Shown piece after piece: positions 8,029-16,561 of a stretch of DNA of 20,000 nt. The stretch lies in IMG/VR virus record IMGVR_UViG_3300042731_005566; one strand, given 5' to 3'. This DNA is from an uncultured virus (IMG/VR IMGVR_UViG_3300042731_005566) (Duplodnaviria; Heunggongvirae; Uroviricota; Caudoviricetes). The notes under the pieces were generated by a model. That model ran no database searches and was not told the origin of the DNA. It worked only from the letters and a program-made list of their open reading frames with translations. Made by a program: the position numbers and the translations under genes. Within the stretch, counting starts at the first letter, position 1; each line of letters starts with the position of its first letter.

Positions 8029-10383
8029 GTGGAACTGCTGCAACCGAATCTGACCACTATTGGGGAGAGTGTCCTAGCGAAACGGTATCTGAAGCGGAAC
8101 GAGAAAGGGGAAGTCATCGAGACGCCACGCGACCGCTTCGTTGCAGTAGCCAAGCATGTCGCACGAGCAGAACGCAATCACGGCGTCGATCCGGAGACGG
8201 TGTGGCCCTCCTTCTATCGCATGATGGCCGCCCGAGATTTCATGCCAAACACGCCCTGCTTGGTAAATGCGGGACTGTCCGCCGGGCTCCTGTCCGCCTG
8301 CATCGTGTTGCCCATCGAGGACTCGATGCCGAGCATCTTCGGAACACTGCGCGACATGGCATTGAGCCACCAACAGGGCGCTGGGACGGGGTTCAGTTTT
8401 TCGCGGCTGCGCCCCAAAGACGACTTCGTGCGATCCACTACCGGACTTGCGAGTGGTCCGATCAGCTTCATGAAGGCATACAACAACGTTACGGAGTGCG
8501 TGAAGCAAAGCGGCGTTCGGCGCGGGGCGAACATAAGCGTCTTGCGTTGCGACCACCCGGATATTCTCGACTTCATCGACTGCAAGAAAGATCCGAGCGA
8601 GCTACAGAACTTCAACATCAGTGTCGGGATCACGAACGCCTTCATGGACGCGTTGGCAGCAGACGCAATGTACGCGCTGGTCAACCCACGCACGAATGAG
8701 GTTGTGAGCGAGCTAGCAGCTCGAATGGTTTTCGATCGGGTCGTTCGCAACGCACATGCCACAGGTGAGCCAGGGCTCTTCTTCCTAGATCGTGTGAATG
8801 AACTCGATCCGTTGACGACGGCCGACGATCCGATTGAAGCCCCAAATCCATGCGGCGAGCAGCCACTTCACCCGTATGACGCTTGCGATCTGGGATCGAT
8901 CAATCTCGTCAACTTCTACGACGTAGCAAATCGAGAATTGGACTTCAAGCGACTCGAAGCTACGACGCAGCTCGCTGTGCGCTTCCTCGATGACATCCAC
9001 GACGTCAACCAGTACCCGATTCCTCAGTTGGCAGAACGCACACGGGAAAATCGCCGTGTTGGCCTCGGCGTCATGGGCTGGGCGGACCTCCTGATCAAGA
9101 TGGGTGTTCCCTACGCGTCACAGCAAGCGCGCGACCTCGCCGGCAACGTGATGAAGTTCATCAACACGCAGGCAATCGAAGCCAGCGAGGAGCTAGCAGC
9201 GCTTCGTGGACCGTTTCCAGCATTCGAGCGTTCAAAACACTTCACGGCGGGGCGCAAACACCGTCGCAACGGGACGGTGACCACGATTGCGCCAACCGGA
9301 TCCATCTCGATCATCGCGGGATGTTCTAGCGGCATAGAGCCGTTGTTTGCCATCGTCCAGACGCGCAGGCAAGCCGACATGGAGATGGTAGACGTCAACC
9401 CAGACTTCGTCGAGATCGCGAAGCGGGAAGGCTTCTACAGTGATGCGCTCATGGAACGCGTCAAAGAGAACGGCACCGTTCGAGACGATCCCGACGTGCC
9501 CACACGATGGCAACGTGTCTTCGCGGTCGCCAACGAAATCGATCCAGCTGCGCATGTGCAGATGCAAGCCGCATTTCAGCAGCACGTCGAGTGCGCGGTG
9601 TCCAAAACGATCAACATGCCCAAAGACGCGACCGTTGCTGACGTAGAACGCGCCTACAAGCTCGCCTGGGAAGAAGGTTGCAAGGGCATCACGGTCTATC
9701 GCGATCAGTGCCGTGCGAATCAAACCCTGACGCTTGGTACCGGCAAGCGCCCCGAGCTGCACCCCATCCCGACGGGTACATATGATCTCCTCGGCGAGAT
9801 GATCAAGACGCCCACAGGCAAGCTCAGCGTCAAGGTCGGGTTGGACATCAACGACCGGCCGTTTGAAACCTGGCTCGCTGTCAGCCGTGCTGGCACAGCA
9901 GTCAGCGCCGACTGTGAGGCCATTGCCCGGCTGGGATCCCTGGTGCTCCGGCTGGACAGCCCGATCAGCCCCGAGCGGCGCCTCCAGCTCATCGCGGACC
10001 AGCTCTCGGGCATCGGCGGGGGGGATTCGGTGGGATTTGGGCAAGAACGGGTCCTGTCACTCCCAGATGGGGTCGCCAAGGCCCTCCGTTCGCTCGCTGA
10101 CGCGCTCGAAAGCCGCCGAGCGTCTACGCAGGCCTCGCCAGCAGAGGCCGTCGTAGAGCCTCCAGGGGCACCTAAGGGGGATAGCCACGGCAACGGGCAC
10201 GGCAATGGGCACGGGCACGGAAATGGCCATGGAAACGGCAACGGGAATGGGAATGGCAACGGTAACGGCAACGGCCACAAACACGTTGCCTTCGGCGACA
10301 TCTGCCCAGATTGCCACCAGGTCGCGCTGTACTACGCCGAGGGCTGCGCCAAGTGCGCGCTGTGCGGCTTCTCGCGTTGTTGA
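8029..10383 (+). CDS. nrdJ: Class II (adenosylcobalamin-dependent) ribonucleotide reductase with TSCPD-like region and C-terminal Zn ribbon
   Basis: Motifs PNTPCLVNAG, LSACIV, GAGTG, VRRGANI, GEPGLFF, NPCGEQPL, CDLGSINL, TIAPTGSIS, SSGIEP, VSKTIN, KGITVYRD. C-terminal CPDC...EGCAKCALCGFSRC. No class I beta subunit adjacent; GGAG RBS; no ATP cone. Confidence 0.93.
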   Translation: MELLQPNLTTIGESVLAKRYLKRNEKGEVIETPRDRFVAVAKHVARAERNHGVDPETVWPSFYRMMAARDFMPNTPCLVNAGLSAGLLSACIVLPIEDSMPSIFGTLRDMALSHQQGAGTGFSFSRLRPKDDFVRSTTGLASGPISFMKAYNNVTECVKQSGVRRGANISVLRCDHPDILDFIDCKKDPSELQNFNISVGITNAFMDALAADAMYALVNPRTNEVVSELAARMVFDRVVRNAHATGEPGLFFLDRVNELDPLTTADDPIEAPNPCGEQPLHPYDACDLGSINLVNFYDVANRELDFKRLEATTQLAVRFLDDIHDVNQYPIPQLAERTRENRRVGLGVMGWADLLIKMGVPYASQQARDLAGNVMKFINTQAIEASEELAALRGPFPAFERSKHFTAGRKHRRNGTVTTIAPTGSISIIAGCSSGIEPLFAIVQTRRQADMEMVDVNPDFVEIAKREGFYSDALMERVKENGTVRDDPDVPTRWQRVFAVANEIDPAAHVQMQAAFQQHVECAVSKTINMPKDATVADVERAYKLAWEEGCKGITVYRDQCRANQTLTLGTGKRPELHPIPTGTYDLLGEMIKTPTGKLSVKVGLDINDRPFETWLAVSRAGTAVSADCEAIARLGSLVLRLDSPISPERRLQLIADQLSGIGGGDSVGFGQERVLSLPDGVAKALRSLADALESRRASTQASPAEAVVEPPGAPKGDSHGNGHGNGHGHGNGHGNGNGNGNGNGNGNGHKHVAFGDICPDCHQVALYYAEGCAKCALCGFSRC
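10186..10278 (+). repeat. In-frame Gly-Asn/Gly-His low-complexity repeat in NrdJ
   Basis: HGNGHGNGHGHGNGHGNGNGNGNGNGNGNGH with varied synonymous codons. Confidence 0.9.
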
Positions 10384-10421
10384 TACACGCAGCTTGCCTA
10401 CGCAGACAACACTAGTGGGGC

Positions 10422-10443
10422 TGTCACACCTCTGTGTTATGGC
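10422..10443 (+). promoter_or_regulatory. TGTCACACC-class promoter
   Basis: TGTCACACC-TCTG-TGT-TATGGC, 6 nt before GTG 10450. Confidence 0.6.
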
Positions 10444-10449
10444 ATAGAC

Positions 10450-10791
10450 GTGAACTCTCCTGATCCCGCCTTTGCCAACCAAATCATTTGCTGCTGGAGC
10501 ACGACCATGTTTGCTGCTGCTGATCCTCGAATCCAGGAAGCCGCCGCCGTAGCCGCCAATGCTCTGTCGAAGTTCGAGGAAGCTCGCAGGGAGGTTGTTG
10601 AGCGCGTTCAACAAGTCGCGCAGCAGACCGCTGCCAGCATGGAAATTGGCTGGGCCGCGAGCGAGGAAGGCAAGCGTGAGGCTGAGGCGTTCATCGAGGA
10701 GAGCGCGGCCGGCAGAAACGGGTTCTCGGACCTGTACTCCAACGTCCTTGCTGACTGGATCATCAGTCAGGCCCGCGATCGACTCGCCTAG
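10450..10791 (+). CDS. Hypothetical helical protein
   Basis: Follows the promoter motif; Ala/Glu-rich. Confidence 0.65.
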   Translation: MNSPDPAFANQIICCWSTTMFAAADPRIQEAAAVAANALSKFEEARREVVERVQQVAQQTAASMEIGWAASEEGKREAEAFIEESAAGRNGFSDLYSNVLADWIISQARDRLA

Positions 10792-10853
10792 ACTGTCTAC
10801 CCCCGCACAGAACCCTATTTTGATCGCGTGAGCGATCATGATAGGGTAGTTTC

Positions 10854-11186
10854 ATGCCGAAAAAGAGCTACCAGTACTGGGGCGTCTACGAGACAGGCGT
10901 CGCGGCCACTCCGCGCGGTCCGAAGAAGATCGTCGAGGAGATGGCGGGGATGCTCTCCAAGCCGGACAACACCGGGCGCCAGGTATGCATCAAGAAGGGC
11001 GAGCGTGGGTTTGGAACGCTGGGTGAGGCGACGGGCGTTTGCTACATCAACGGCGTGCGGCAACTAAGCCGCAAACCGCGGGCGCCGCGTCCGCGCAAAC
11101 CCAAGCCACTCGCGGCCCCTATCTCAGCTCCAGCGCCAACGCTAGCCGCCCCGGAGCTGCCTCCCGAACCAAAAAAGCCTGAATAG
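10854..11186 (+). CDS. Hypothetical basic protein with Pro-rich tail
   Basis: TGA-TAGGGT 6 nt before the ATG. Confidence 0.7.
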   Translation: MPKKSYQYWGVYETGVAATPRGPKKIVEEMAGMLSKPDNTGRQVCIKKGERGFGTLGEATGVCYINGVRQLSRKPRAPRPRKPKPLAAPISAPAPTLAAPELPPEPKKPE

Positions 11187-11195
11187 GAGAGAGTC

Positions 11196-11597
11196 ATGCT
11201 AGCTACGTCAGAGTCGTGCCCACCTGAGGTACTCCAAGATTTCATCACCCACATGGGCATTCCAACGACGGGCACCGGGAAGTACGAGGTCCGCTCGCAG
11301 GTCATCAAAGACAACAAGCTCTACTACGCCGTGGAGAGCTACGAAGAAGAAACCGATGCGAAGGGCCAATTCGATCGGGAAGAGATCAGCGGCGGCAAAG
11401 TTGTCAGCGCAATCGTCGTCGCACCAAACGGCCAGCTCACTTCCTCCAAGGGTTGCCCGGTGAAGCGTGAAGACGTCGAGAAGAGTGGAGGCCTGACCAA
11501 ACGCAAGTGGTTCTGGCCCGTCGTCATCACCATCGTTGCAGCAGCAGGCATCGGCGCGACCATCTACTTCGTCCGTAGGCGCAAAGCTCAAGCGTAG
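11196..11597 (+). CDS. C-terminally anchored membrane protein
   Basis: AGGAG RBS; TM segment WFWPVVITIVAAAGIGATIYFV followed by RRRK. Confidence 0.7.
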   Translation: MLATSESCPPEVLQDFITHMGIPTTGTGKYEVRSQVIKDNKLYYAVESYEEETDAKGQFDREEISGGKVVSAIVVAPNGQLTSSKGCPVKREDVEKSGGLTKRKWFWPVVITIVAAAGIGATIYFVRRRKAQA

Positions 11598-11599
11598 CC

Positions 11600-11815
11600 A
11601 TGCGCAAGACGAATCACCTCAAGCTCGACGCCTTCTGCCGGAACGGTAAACAAACCGAGGACGGCGTCAGCAAGTGCTACACGCGGATGTGCTATCGGGC
11701 AGCACCTGGTATGCCCGTCTACTGTGGCAAAGGATGGGGTGAGGATCGTGTTACGTCCGAAAAGATGGCGATGGAAAATCTGTTTTTCGCTTTGGAAAAA
11801 GCTATCTTCCCGTGA
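11600..11815 (+). CDS. Small Cys-containing hypothetical protein
   Basis: Starts 2 nt after the previous stop. Confidence 0.55.
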   Translation: MRKTNHLKLDAFCRNGKQTEDGVSKCYTRMCYRAAPGMPVYCGKGWGEDRVTSEKMAMENLFFALEKAIFP

Positions 11816-11869
11816 CCGGCTGACACTGGGCTCGCGCAGACTTAGCAATCCTATGGTAGCGTAGAAGCC

Positions 11870-12268
11870 ATGTCGATCTCGAAAATTCCCGTATGGGTCT
11901 GGTGGGCCGGCGGTACGATGTTGCTAATCGGAGCTGGTACAGCGACCGCACTAGCGGTCCGTGGTCGGAAGGGCGGCACTGTCGGCGCCTGGGAAGAAGA
12001 CTACGACTACGACGACGAGGAAGAGTACCTGTCCCCGTGGGAGGAGCAGGTCGAGGCCTTTCAACATCGTCACCCGCAAGCGCCGGGTTGCAGCCGTGAA
12101 TACGACATGGCTGACGCGCTCGCAAAGGCATACCGCACGAGTGCTGCGATGCATTGCGAGAACGTGGATGCACTGCACTCAGCCATCAAGGCAGCCTGGG
12201 AGGGCAAGTGCAAAGTCGCGCGTAGACTCATCCGCAAGGCGCGCTGCGACCACAACCCGAGAAGATAA
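11870..12268 (+). CDS. N-terminally anchored membrane protein with an acidic patch
   Basis: TGG-TAGCGT 7 nt before the ATG; hydrophobic N-terminus; EEDYDYDDEEE. Confidence 0.7.
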   Translation: MSISKIPVWVWWAGGTMLLIGAGTATALAVRGRKGGTVGAWEEDYDYDDEEEYLSPWEEQVEAFQHRHPQAPGCSREYDMADALAKAYRTSAAMHCENVDALHSAIKAAWEGKCKVARRLIRKARCDHNPRR

Positions 12269-12271
12269 CCG

Positions 12272-12484
12272 ATGGCGAAGCGAAAGATTACCGCCTGTGA
12301 TGCCAAACGCCGGTTGATTGCCGAGGGCATCGATTTCCGACAAGACTTCCATCAGCTTCGCAATGACGACGTCTGCAAGATCCTTGACGCCGCGAAGGCA
12401 GCTCGCTACCACAAGAGCAAGAACGCGCCAGGCTCGCGAGCGCGCATGTACTACCAGTATCTCAAGCGAAAACGCGGCTGCTAG
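12272..12484 (+). CDS. Small basic phage-type hypothetical protein
   Basis: Tightly packed after 12268; DFHQL...NAPGSRARMYYQYL. Confidence 0.65.
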   Translation: MAKRKITACDAKRRLIAEGIDFRQDFHQLRNDDVCKILDAAKAARYHKSKNAPGSRARMYYQYLKRKRGC

Positions 12485-12485
12485 C

Positions 12486-12602
12486 ATGGGCACGGACGCG
12501 AAGACAGAAGCCTACTCCGCGGCGCGCTACTTCGTCGCCGCGATCATCATCCGGCTTGGCTGGGAGGTCGGCGGCTGGATCTGGCTGAAGCTCGCAGCAT
12601 AG
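12486..12602 (+). CDS. 38-aa putative membrane peptide
   Basis: MGTDAKTEAYSAARYFVAAIIIRLGWEVGGWIWLKLAA; starts 1 nt after the previous stop. Confidence 0.45.
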   Translation: MGTDAKTEAYSAARYFVAAIIIRLGWEVGGWIWLKLAA

Positions 12603-12693
12603 GGAGCGCCATGAAAGCCTCGAAAAGTTTCAACAAGCACGCCGCTACAACGTGAGGTTAGCACCCGAGTGTGGCGCCGTGGTACGTTGAGAC

Positions 12694-12984
12694 ATGATCG
12701 GAGGAAGGAGACTAGGAATGAAATGGCTCGTTGCACCAGTTGATCAGGGCCAGGCGGTTGAGGTGAGCTTCGCCTTCGACGAGAACGGCTGGTATCGCAA
12801 GACCCGAGATCGTTCGCTGCCTAGTACGCACCGCGACGCGATCGAATGCCACCGCGTCTCCTAGCGCGCGGTCGAAAAAGAGTTCGGCTCCGACGTCGAG
12901 TTCGAGCCGCAGAACGGCATGCCGTCACGTTACGCGACCCGCAAGCTGCCGTGGAAGCGTATCGCCTGTCCGCGTCGTCGCTAG
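12694..12984 (+). pseudogene. ORF interrupted by a single in-frame TAG at 12862-12864
   Basis: TGG-TACGTT promoter 5 nt before ATG 12694; second ATG 12718 with GGAGGAAGGAG RBS. Reads MKWLVAPVDQGQAVEVSFAFDENGWYRKTRDRS...RVS*RAVEKEFGSDVEFEPQNGMPSRY...CPRRR*. Confidence 0.55.
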
Positions 12985-13002
12985 CCGAGGCAGCTATTAG
13001 CT

Positions 13003-13284
13003 GTGCAGCGCCTGAACGGCTACACGCGTGATTGCGGAACCTGTGATATCTTGGCTTCGGAGGTAATCATGCGAAAGAGCTGCGGCCGACCGAGCGATCC
13101 CTTCTACACACTGCGCCGAGGCGACATCGGAAAGGCGCGGATCTGTGCCTTCGGCAAATGGTGGCCGACCGAAGACTTCATCGGCCGTGTGCTCACCAAG
13201 GACGTCGGCAAGCGTGTCTACAAGCGCAGAGGCATTCTTCAAGTCGAGAACGACGCACAGCGCGCACGTCGGCTGCGACGCTGA
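13003..13284 (+). CDS. Small basic hypothetical protein
   Basis: Internal repeat-like DIGK/DVGKRVY; operon orientation. Confidence 0.6.
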   Translation: MQRLNGYTRDCGTCDILASEVIMRKSCGRPSDPFYTLRRGDIGKARICAFGKWWPTEDFIGRVLTKDVGKRVYKRRGILQVENDAQRARRLRR

Positions 13285-13359
13285 TACATTCCATGGGCCG
13301 TAACCCGCGGTGAGCGTCAAAAAGACGGCACCACCAACACGACTACGCAAGCCGGTAAC

Positions 13360-13722
13360 ATGAAGTATATGCGTTGGTACCATGGGACATCAACCGCAGC
13401 AGATCTAGCCGTTGGAGACTTTCTCGATCCCGCTTACGCTACTCATGAGGCATTCGTTTGGGCAACGGCCTCACCTCGGCATGCTCAGTACTTTGCGGAA
13501 AGTCGGGCCGCTATCGACGACGGCGAGCCAATCGTTTTCGTTGTACGTCTTACGGAGTACGCTACGGTCAGCACACTCACTAGGTACGACGAGGAAGCCT
13601 TAGAGGAGCTGCAAGAAGAAGGTGTTGATGCGGTCATCATTCCCGAGGGTGAGGACGGCAATCCAGAACTGGCAATTTTGAGCTGCTCAGCTGCCTTCGT
13701 TTCCGGTATCGTAGAGTTGTGA
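13360..13722 (+). CDS. ADP-ribosyltransferase-fold protein (ART-PolyVal-like)
   Basis: YHGTS ... FVWATASPRHAQYFA ... VFVVRL ... GVDAVIIPE ... ELAIL, the H-Y-E-type ART pattern of phage/plasmid polyvalent proteins. Confidence 0.65.
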   Translation: MKYMRWYHGTSTAADLAVGDFLDPAYATHEAFVWATASPRHAQYFAESRAAIDDGEPIVFVVRLTEYATVSTLTRYDEEALEELQEEGVDAVIIPEGEDGNPELAILSCSAAFVSGIVEL

Positions 13723-13895
13723 GCGACCGACTCAAATTCCGGCGCGTCCGTAAGGGCCTCTGGCGGCACCGCACGTACACGGCTGAGAAGCAAGGCTCGA
13801 AGTGGACCGTTCGCAAAGGGGGCCGCGTGGTTTGCGACGGTGCAAAGGATCTGACAGCTGCAAGTAGTTGCATCGTCGAGGACAGGAACAAGTAA
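13719..13895 (+). CDS. 58-aa basic protein (below the ORF-track cutoff)
   Basis: GTGA overlap at the start and TAATG overlap at the end; MSDRLKFRRVRKGLWRHRTYTAEKQGSKWTVRKGG... Confidence 0.6.
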   Translation: MSDRLKFRRVRKGLWRHRTYTAEKQGSKWTVRKGGRVVCDGAKDLTAASSCIVEDRNK

Positions 13896-14368
13896 TGCCC
13901 AGCTACCCGAAGTGCAGTCGCGTCGAAATCCGCACGTACCTCGTAGATGAGTACGAAGGCGGACGCGACTACGAGCTGACTGCGTTCATGGGTGGCAGTA
14001 CTGTCGGCAGTATGGATCTGTCTACACAGGAACTCGAAGGCCGCCCTATCCTGGGCGTAGAGTACGCGAAGGTGCTGACGCCCCGATGCGGTATCGGAAC
14101 GAAGCTCTACGAACGTGCGCTACAACTTGCTTGTGAGAACGGCATACCGCTCGCATCTGATACGGCAAGGACCGTGGCTTCTGAAGGCTTCTGGGCGAAG
14201 CAGACAACGAAGGGTCGTGCGCATTGCTATCTGGGAGATCGACCTGGAAGGCGGCTACGACACACGCCAGGCGGGTTTGATACCGAGGGCACGTGGCCCT
14301 GCTACAGGTATGCAATGCGTGAGGCATGCCCACGCAAGCTGGATCTCAGCGGCCGCCGCCGTCGCTAG
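13895..14368 (+). CDS. GNAT-family acetyltransferase (start revised to ATG 13895)
   Basis: RCGIGTKLY (acetyl-CoA-binding motif A, R/Q-x-x-G-x-G/A-like) followed by LASD...TVASEGFWAK. Confidence 0.7.
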   Translation: MPSYPKCSRVEIRTYLVDEYEGGRDYELTAFMGGSTVGSMDLSTQELEGRPILGVEYAKVLTPRCGIGTKLYERALQLACENGIPLASDTARTVASEGFWAKQTTKGRAHCYLGDRPGRRLRHTPGGFDTEGTWPCYRYAMREACPRKLDLSGRRRR

Positions 14369-14658
14369 ACAGGGCTGACCGACTTCGCGGTCTTGAGGGC
14401 CTCGCGGACTGGTGGAAACGCTGCGATGAGGAAACCCATCGCGAGCCCCATCACACCCATCAAAAGGATGGTAGTGGTCGCTGGCTGCCGAAACCAGCGA
14501 GCGTAGCTACAATGCCAGGCTTGGTCGTCAGGGTTGTACCGGCATTGGAGTGGCACGTCCTCGGGGATGACTGGCGCGACGATACGGTTCGCCGTGTATG
14601 CGGTAGGGGTCGGCGAGAGTGCTGATGTAACCGTGCCCGCTTGCTGCAATGTCAACAT
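14365..14658 (-). CDS. Small membrane protein
   Basis: TM segment ILLMGVMGLAMGFLIAAF. Confidence 0.6.
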   Translation of the reverse strand: MLTLQQAGTVTSALSPTPTAYTANRIVAPVIPEDVPLQCRYNPDDQAWHCSYARWFRQPATTTILLMGVMGLAMGFLIAAFPPVREALKTAKSVSPV

Positions 14659-14668
14659 ACGTCAGCCT

Positions 14669-14914
14669 CTACCGGCAGCGTTTCTCAGCCTTCGTCAGCC
14701 ATTGCAGGAAGGATCGCGGATAGGTCAGGTCACCTGCACCAGACTTCATCGCGCGCTCTGCTGCTTTGTCCGTAGTCTCTTCAACGAAACGGATGGTCTT
14801 CGGATCGTTTGGGATCGCGAAGTTGTAGAAGTTCGACCGTCGGGGCTCCCTTTTACGGATCAGTCCCGTTTGCGGCTCGAAGAATACACACCGTGGGTAC
14901 TGTGCGCGTGCCAT
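14669..14914 (-). CDS. Small basic hypothetical protein
   Basis: TGA-TAGACT 6 nt before the ATG. Confidence 0.65.
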   Translation of the reverse strand: MARAQYPRCVFFEPQTGLIRKREPRRSNFYNFAIPNDPKTIRFVEETTDKAAERAMKSGAGDLTYPRSFLQWLTKAEKRCR

Positions 14915-14957
14915 GTCGCCAGTCTATCAACTCCAACCAGAATATGGTAGCGCGTCG

Positions 14958-15140
14958 TCAAATGCGCATAAAGACGACGCTGCTGGCTGCGATTGTCGCT
15001 CCGGTAGCCAGTGCTGTAGGCAGCGGTCGCGCGCCTAGCACCTGCGCTAGCAGCCCCACGATGAGCCCGGCGCCGAGACTCACAGCAACGGCTGCAATCT
15101 CTGCCCGACGCTGTTCTTCAGTGGTGACTAGCGCAAGCAT
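14958..15140 (-). CDS. Small two-TM membrane protein
   Basis: Two hydrophobic segments; overlaps the upstream gene's end. Confidence 0.55.
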   Translation of the reverse strand: MLALVTTEEQRRAEIAAVAVSLGAGLIVGLLAQVLGARPLPTALATGATIAASSVVFMRI

Positions 15141-15430
15141 CGGTCTGTGAAACTCGCGTGAAAGAGAATGATACGGCGTTGCAGCTTCACCGCGGCGCTG
15201 TACAAACGCTTGGCTTGTGTCACTTGGCCTTTGCTGAGCTGACCTACCTGAGCCTTCGCCGCGCGTGACTCCGATAGCGCCTTACCGATTCGGTTGGCGC
15301 TGAGAAGAAACGCGGTCGCAGCCTCTTTGCAGGCAACTGCATCGCGGGCACGTTTCAGCTCTTGCGCAGCTTCTTTGACTGCCTGTTTGCCGTTCTGGAG
15401 GTGTTCGTACGCCGGTGCACCGAGTCTCAT
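15128..15430 (-). CDS. Helical basic hypothetical protein
   Basis: TGA-TACGTT 6 nt before the ATG. Confidence 0.65.
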   Translation of the reverse strand: MRLGAPAYEHLQNGKQAVKEAAQELKRARDAVACKEAATAFLLSANRIGKALSESRAAKAQVGQLSKGQVTQAKRLYSAAVKLQRRIILFHASFTDRCLR

Positions 15431-15448
15431 TCGACTAACGTATCACGT

Positions 15449-16519
15449 CTACGGATTGGCTGCGACTGTCTCGGTTTTATCCCGCGTACGATAACGGATC
15501 GCGACGTTGCTAGGGTGCAGTACAAGCCGTTGCCACACCGTGCGGCCGCCCTTCGGCTTCCAATCCTCCCATACGCCTCCTACCCAGGCTGGGCGTGGGT
15601 CCGGGCCGTGTTGGTGGAAGGCCAATTCGGTCGCGCGTGTAGCGAACCTGAGGGCCGGTAGCGCGTCTGTGATCTGCTTGAGTCGCTGGGTGGCGTTGTT
15701 CATCGAGCGGGGCTTCCCGAACTTGCCGTGGAGGCCCGGTTGGACGTCCACAATAGCCTCGAACGCGGTCACGACGACCTTCTCGGCCGGACCGATCTCG
15801 GTAACCTCTGGCTTGACGTAGTCCTTCTTGGGCTCGTCTACGCGACGTTCCTTGATCCAGGCACGCAGCGCGCGTGCTTCCTCTTCCATGCGTGCGATAA
15901 GGACCTTTGTTGCGAGGTAGTACTTGCCGTAGAAGCTCGGCCAGCGGTTCGGGTGGACGAAGTTCTTGAAGACGATCTTGTTGCCGGTCCAGAGCTTCTT
16001 GTCGTTGATCCAGTCGTTCTCCTTCGCGGTGGGAACGAACTCGATGGTCTTCCAACCTGAATGCCAGGTGCCGTCGATATCAACGATCATGAAGTTGCGG
16101 AAGGCGCCAACGTCCTGCACGTCGTCAGCGGACGTCATCACGTTCATGTCCTTGACCAACACACCAAAGCTGAAGACGTCTTTGTTCGAGCGCAGACCAA
16201 CGATGTGTCCGTGTCGGTTGTCCTTCGAGATGACGTGCTCGGTGGACTTCTTCGTCGTGGGCCGGCGATTCCGGTAGGTGGGTAGATTGATGACCGCGCG
16301 GCGGTCAACGAGCGCAGCCAGGAAGCAGCTCAGGTCGAGGTCAGTTGGGGATAGCACACCGTTGTCGAGGAGCGCCGGACCTGGCTTCCGGGCGTAGAGA
16401 TCGTAGGCCCAGTAGTTTGTCAACGTCGTCGTTAGCTCGGCTACGTCGTTGCTGCGGTCACTGATCGGCGCAAGCAGATCGCCGAGAGTCTTGTCTTTGA
16501 GGGGCGAGCGGGTTGCCAT
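15449..16519 (-). CDS. Hypothetical protein, 356 aa (start revised to ATG 16519)
   Basis: GGAGG RBS; strong GC3-biased codon usage; preceded by a TGTCACACC promoter. Confidence 0.85.
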   Translation of the reverse strand: MATRSPLKDKTLGDLLAPISDRSNDVAELTTTLTNYWAYDLYARKPGPALLDNGVLSPTDLDLSCFLAALVDRRAVINLPTYRNRRPTTKKSTEHVISKDNRHGHIVGLRSNKDVFSFGVLVKDMNVMTSADDVQDVGAFRNFMIVDIDGTWHSGWKTIEFVPTAKENDWINDKKLWTGNKIVFKNFVHPNRWPSFYGKYYLATKVLIARMEEEARALRAWIKERRVDEPKKDYVKPEVTEIGPAEKVVVTAFEAIVDVQPGLHGKFGKPRSMNNATQRLKQITDALPALRFATRATELAFHQHGPDPRPAWVGGVWEDWKPKGGRTVWQRLVLHPSNVAIRYRTRDKTETVAANP

Positions 16520-16539
16520 GATTTCCTCCGTATGGAGAC

Positions 16540-16561
16540 ACCATAGCAACCGGGTGTGACA
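16540..16561 (-). promoter_or_regulatory. TGTCACACC-class promoter
   Basis: - strand TGTCACACC-CGGT-TGC-TATGGT. Confidence 0.6.

Noticed and set aside
8029..10383. Intein or intron in nrdJ
   Set aside because: Catalytic motifs are contiguous (NPCGEQPL intact) and the length is normal.
8074..10839. Long antisense ORFs over nrdJ (and similar ones at 2442-3263 and 6377-6796)
   Set aside because: Shadow ORFs expected from high-GC codon bias opposite real genes.
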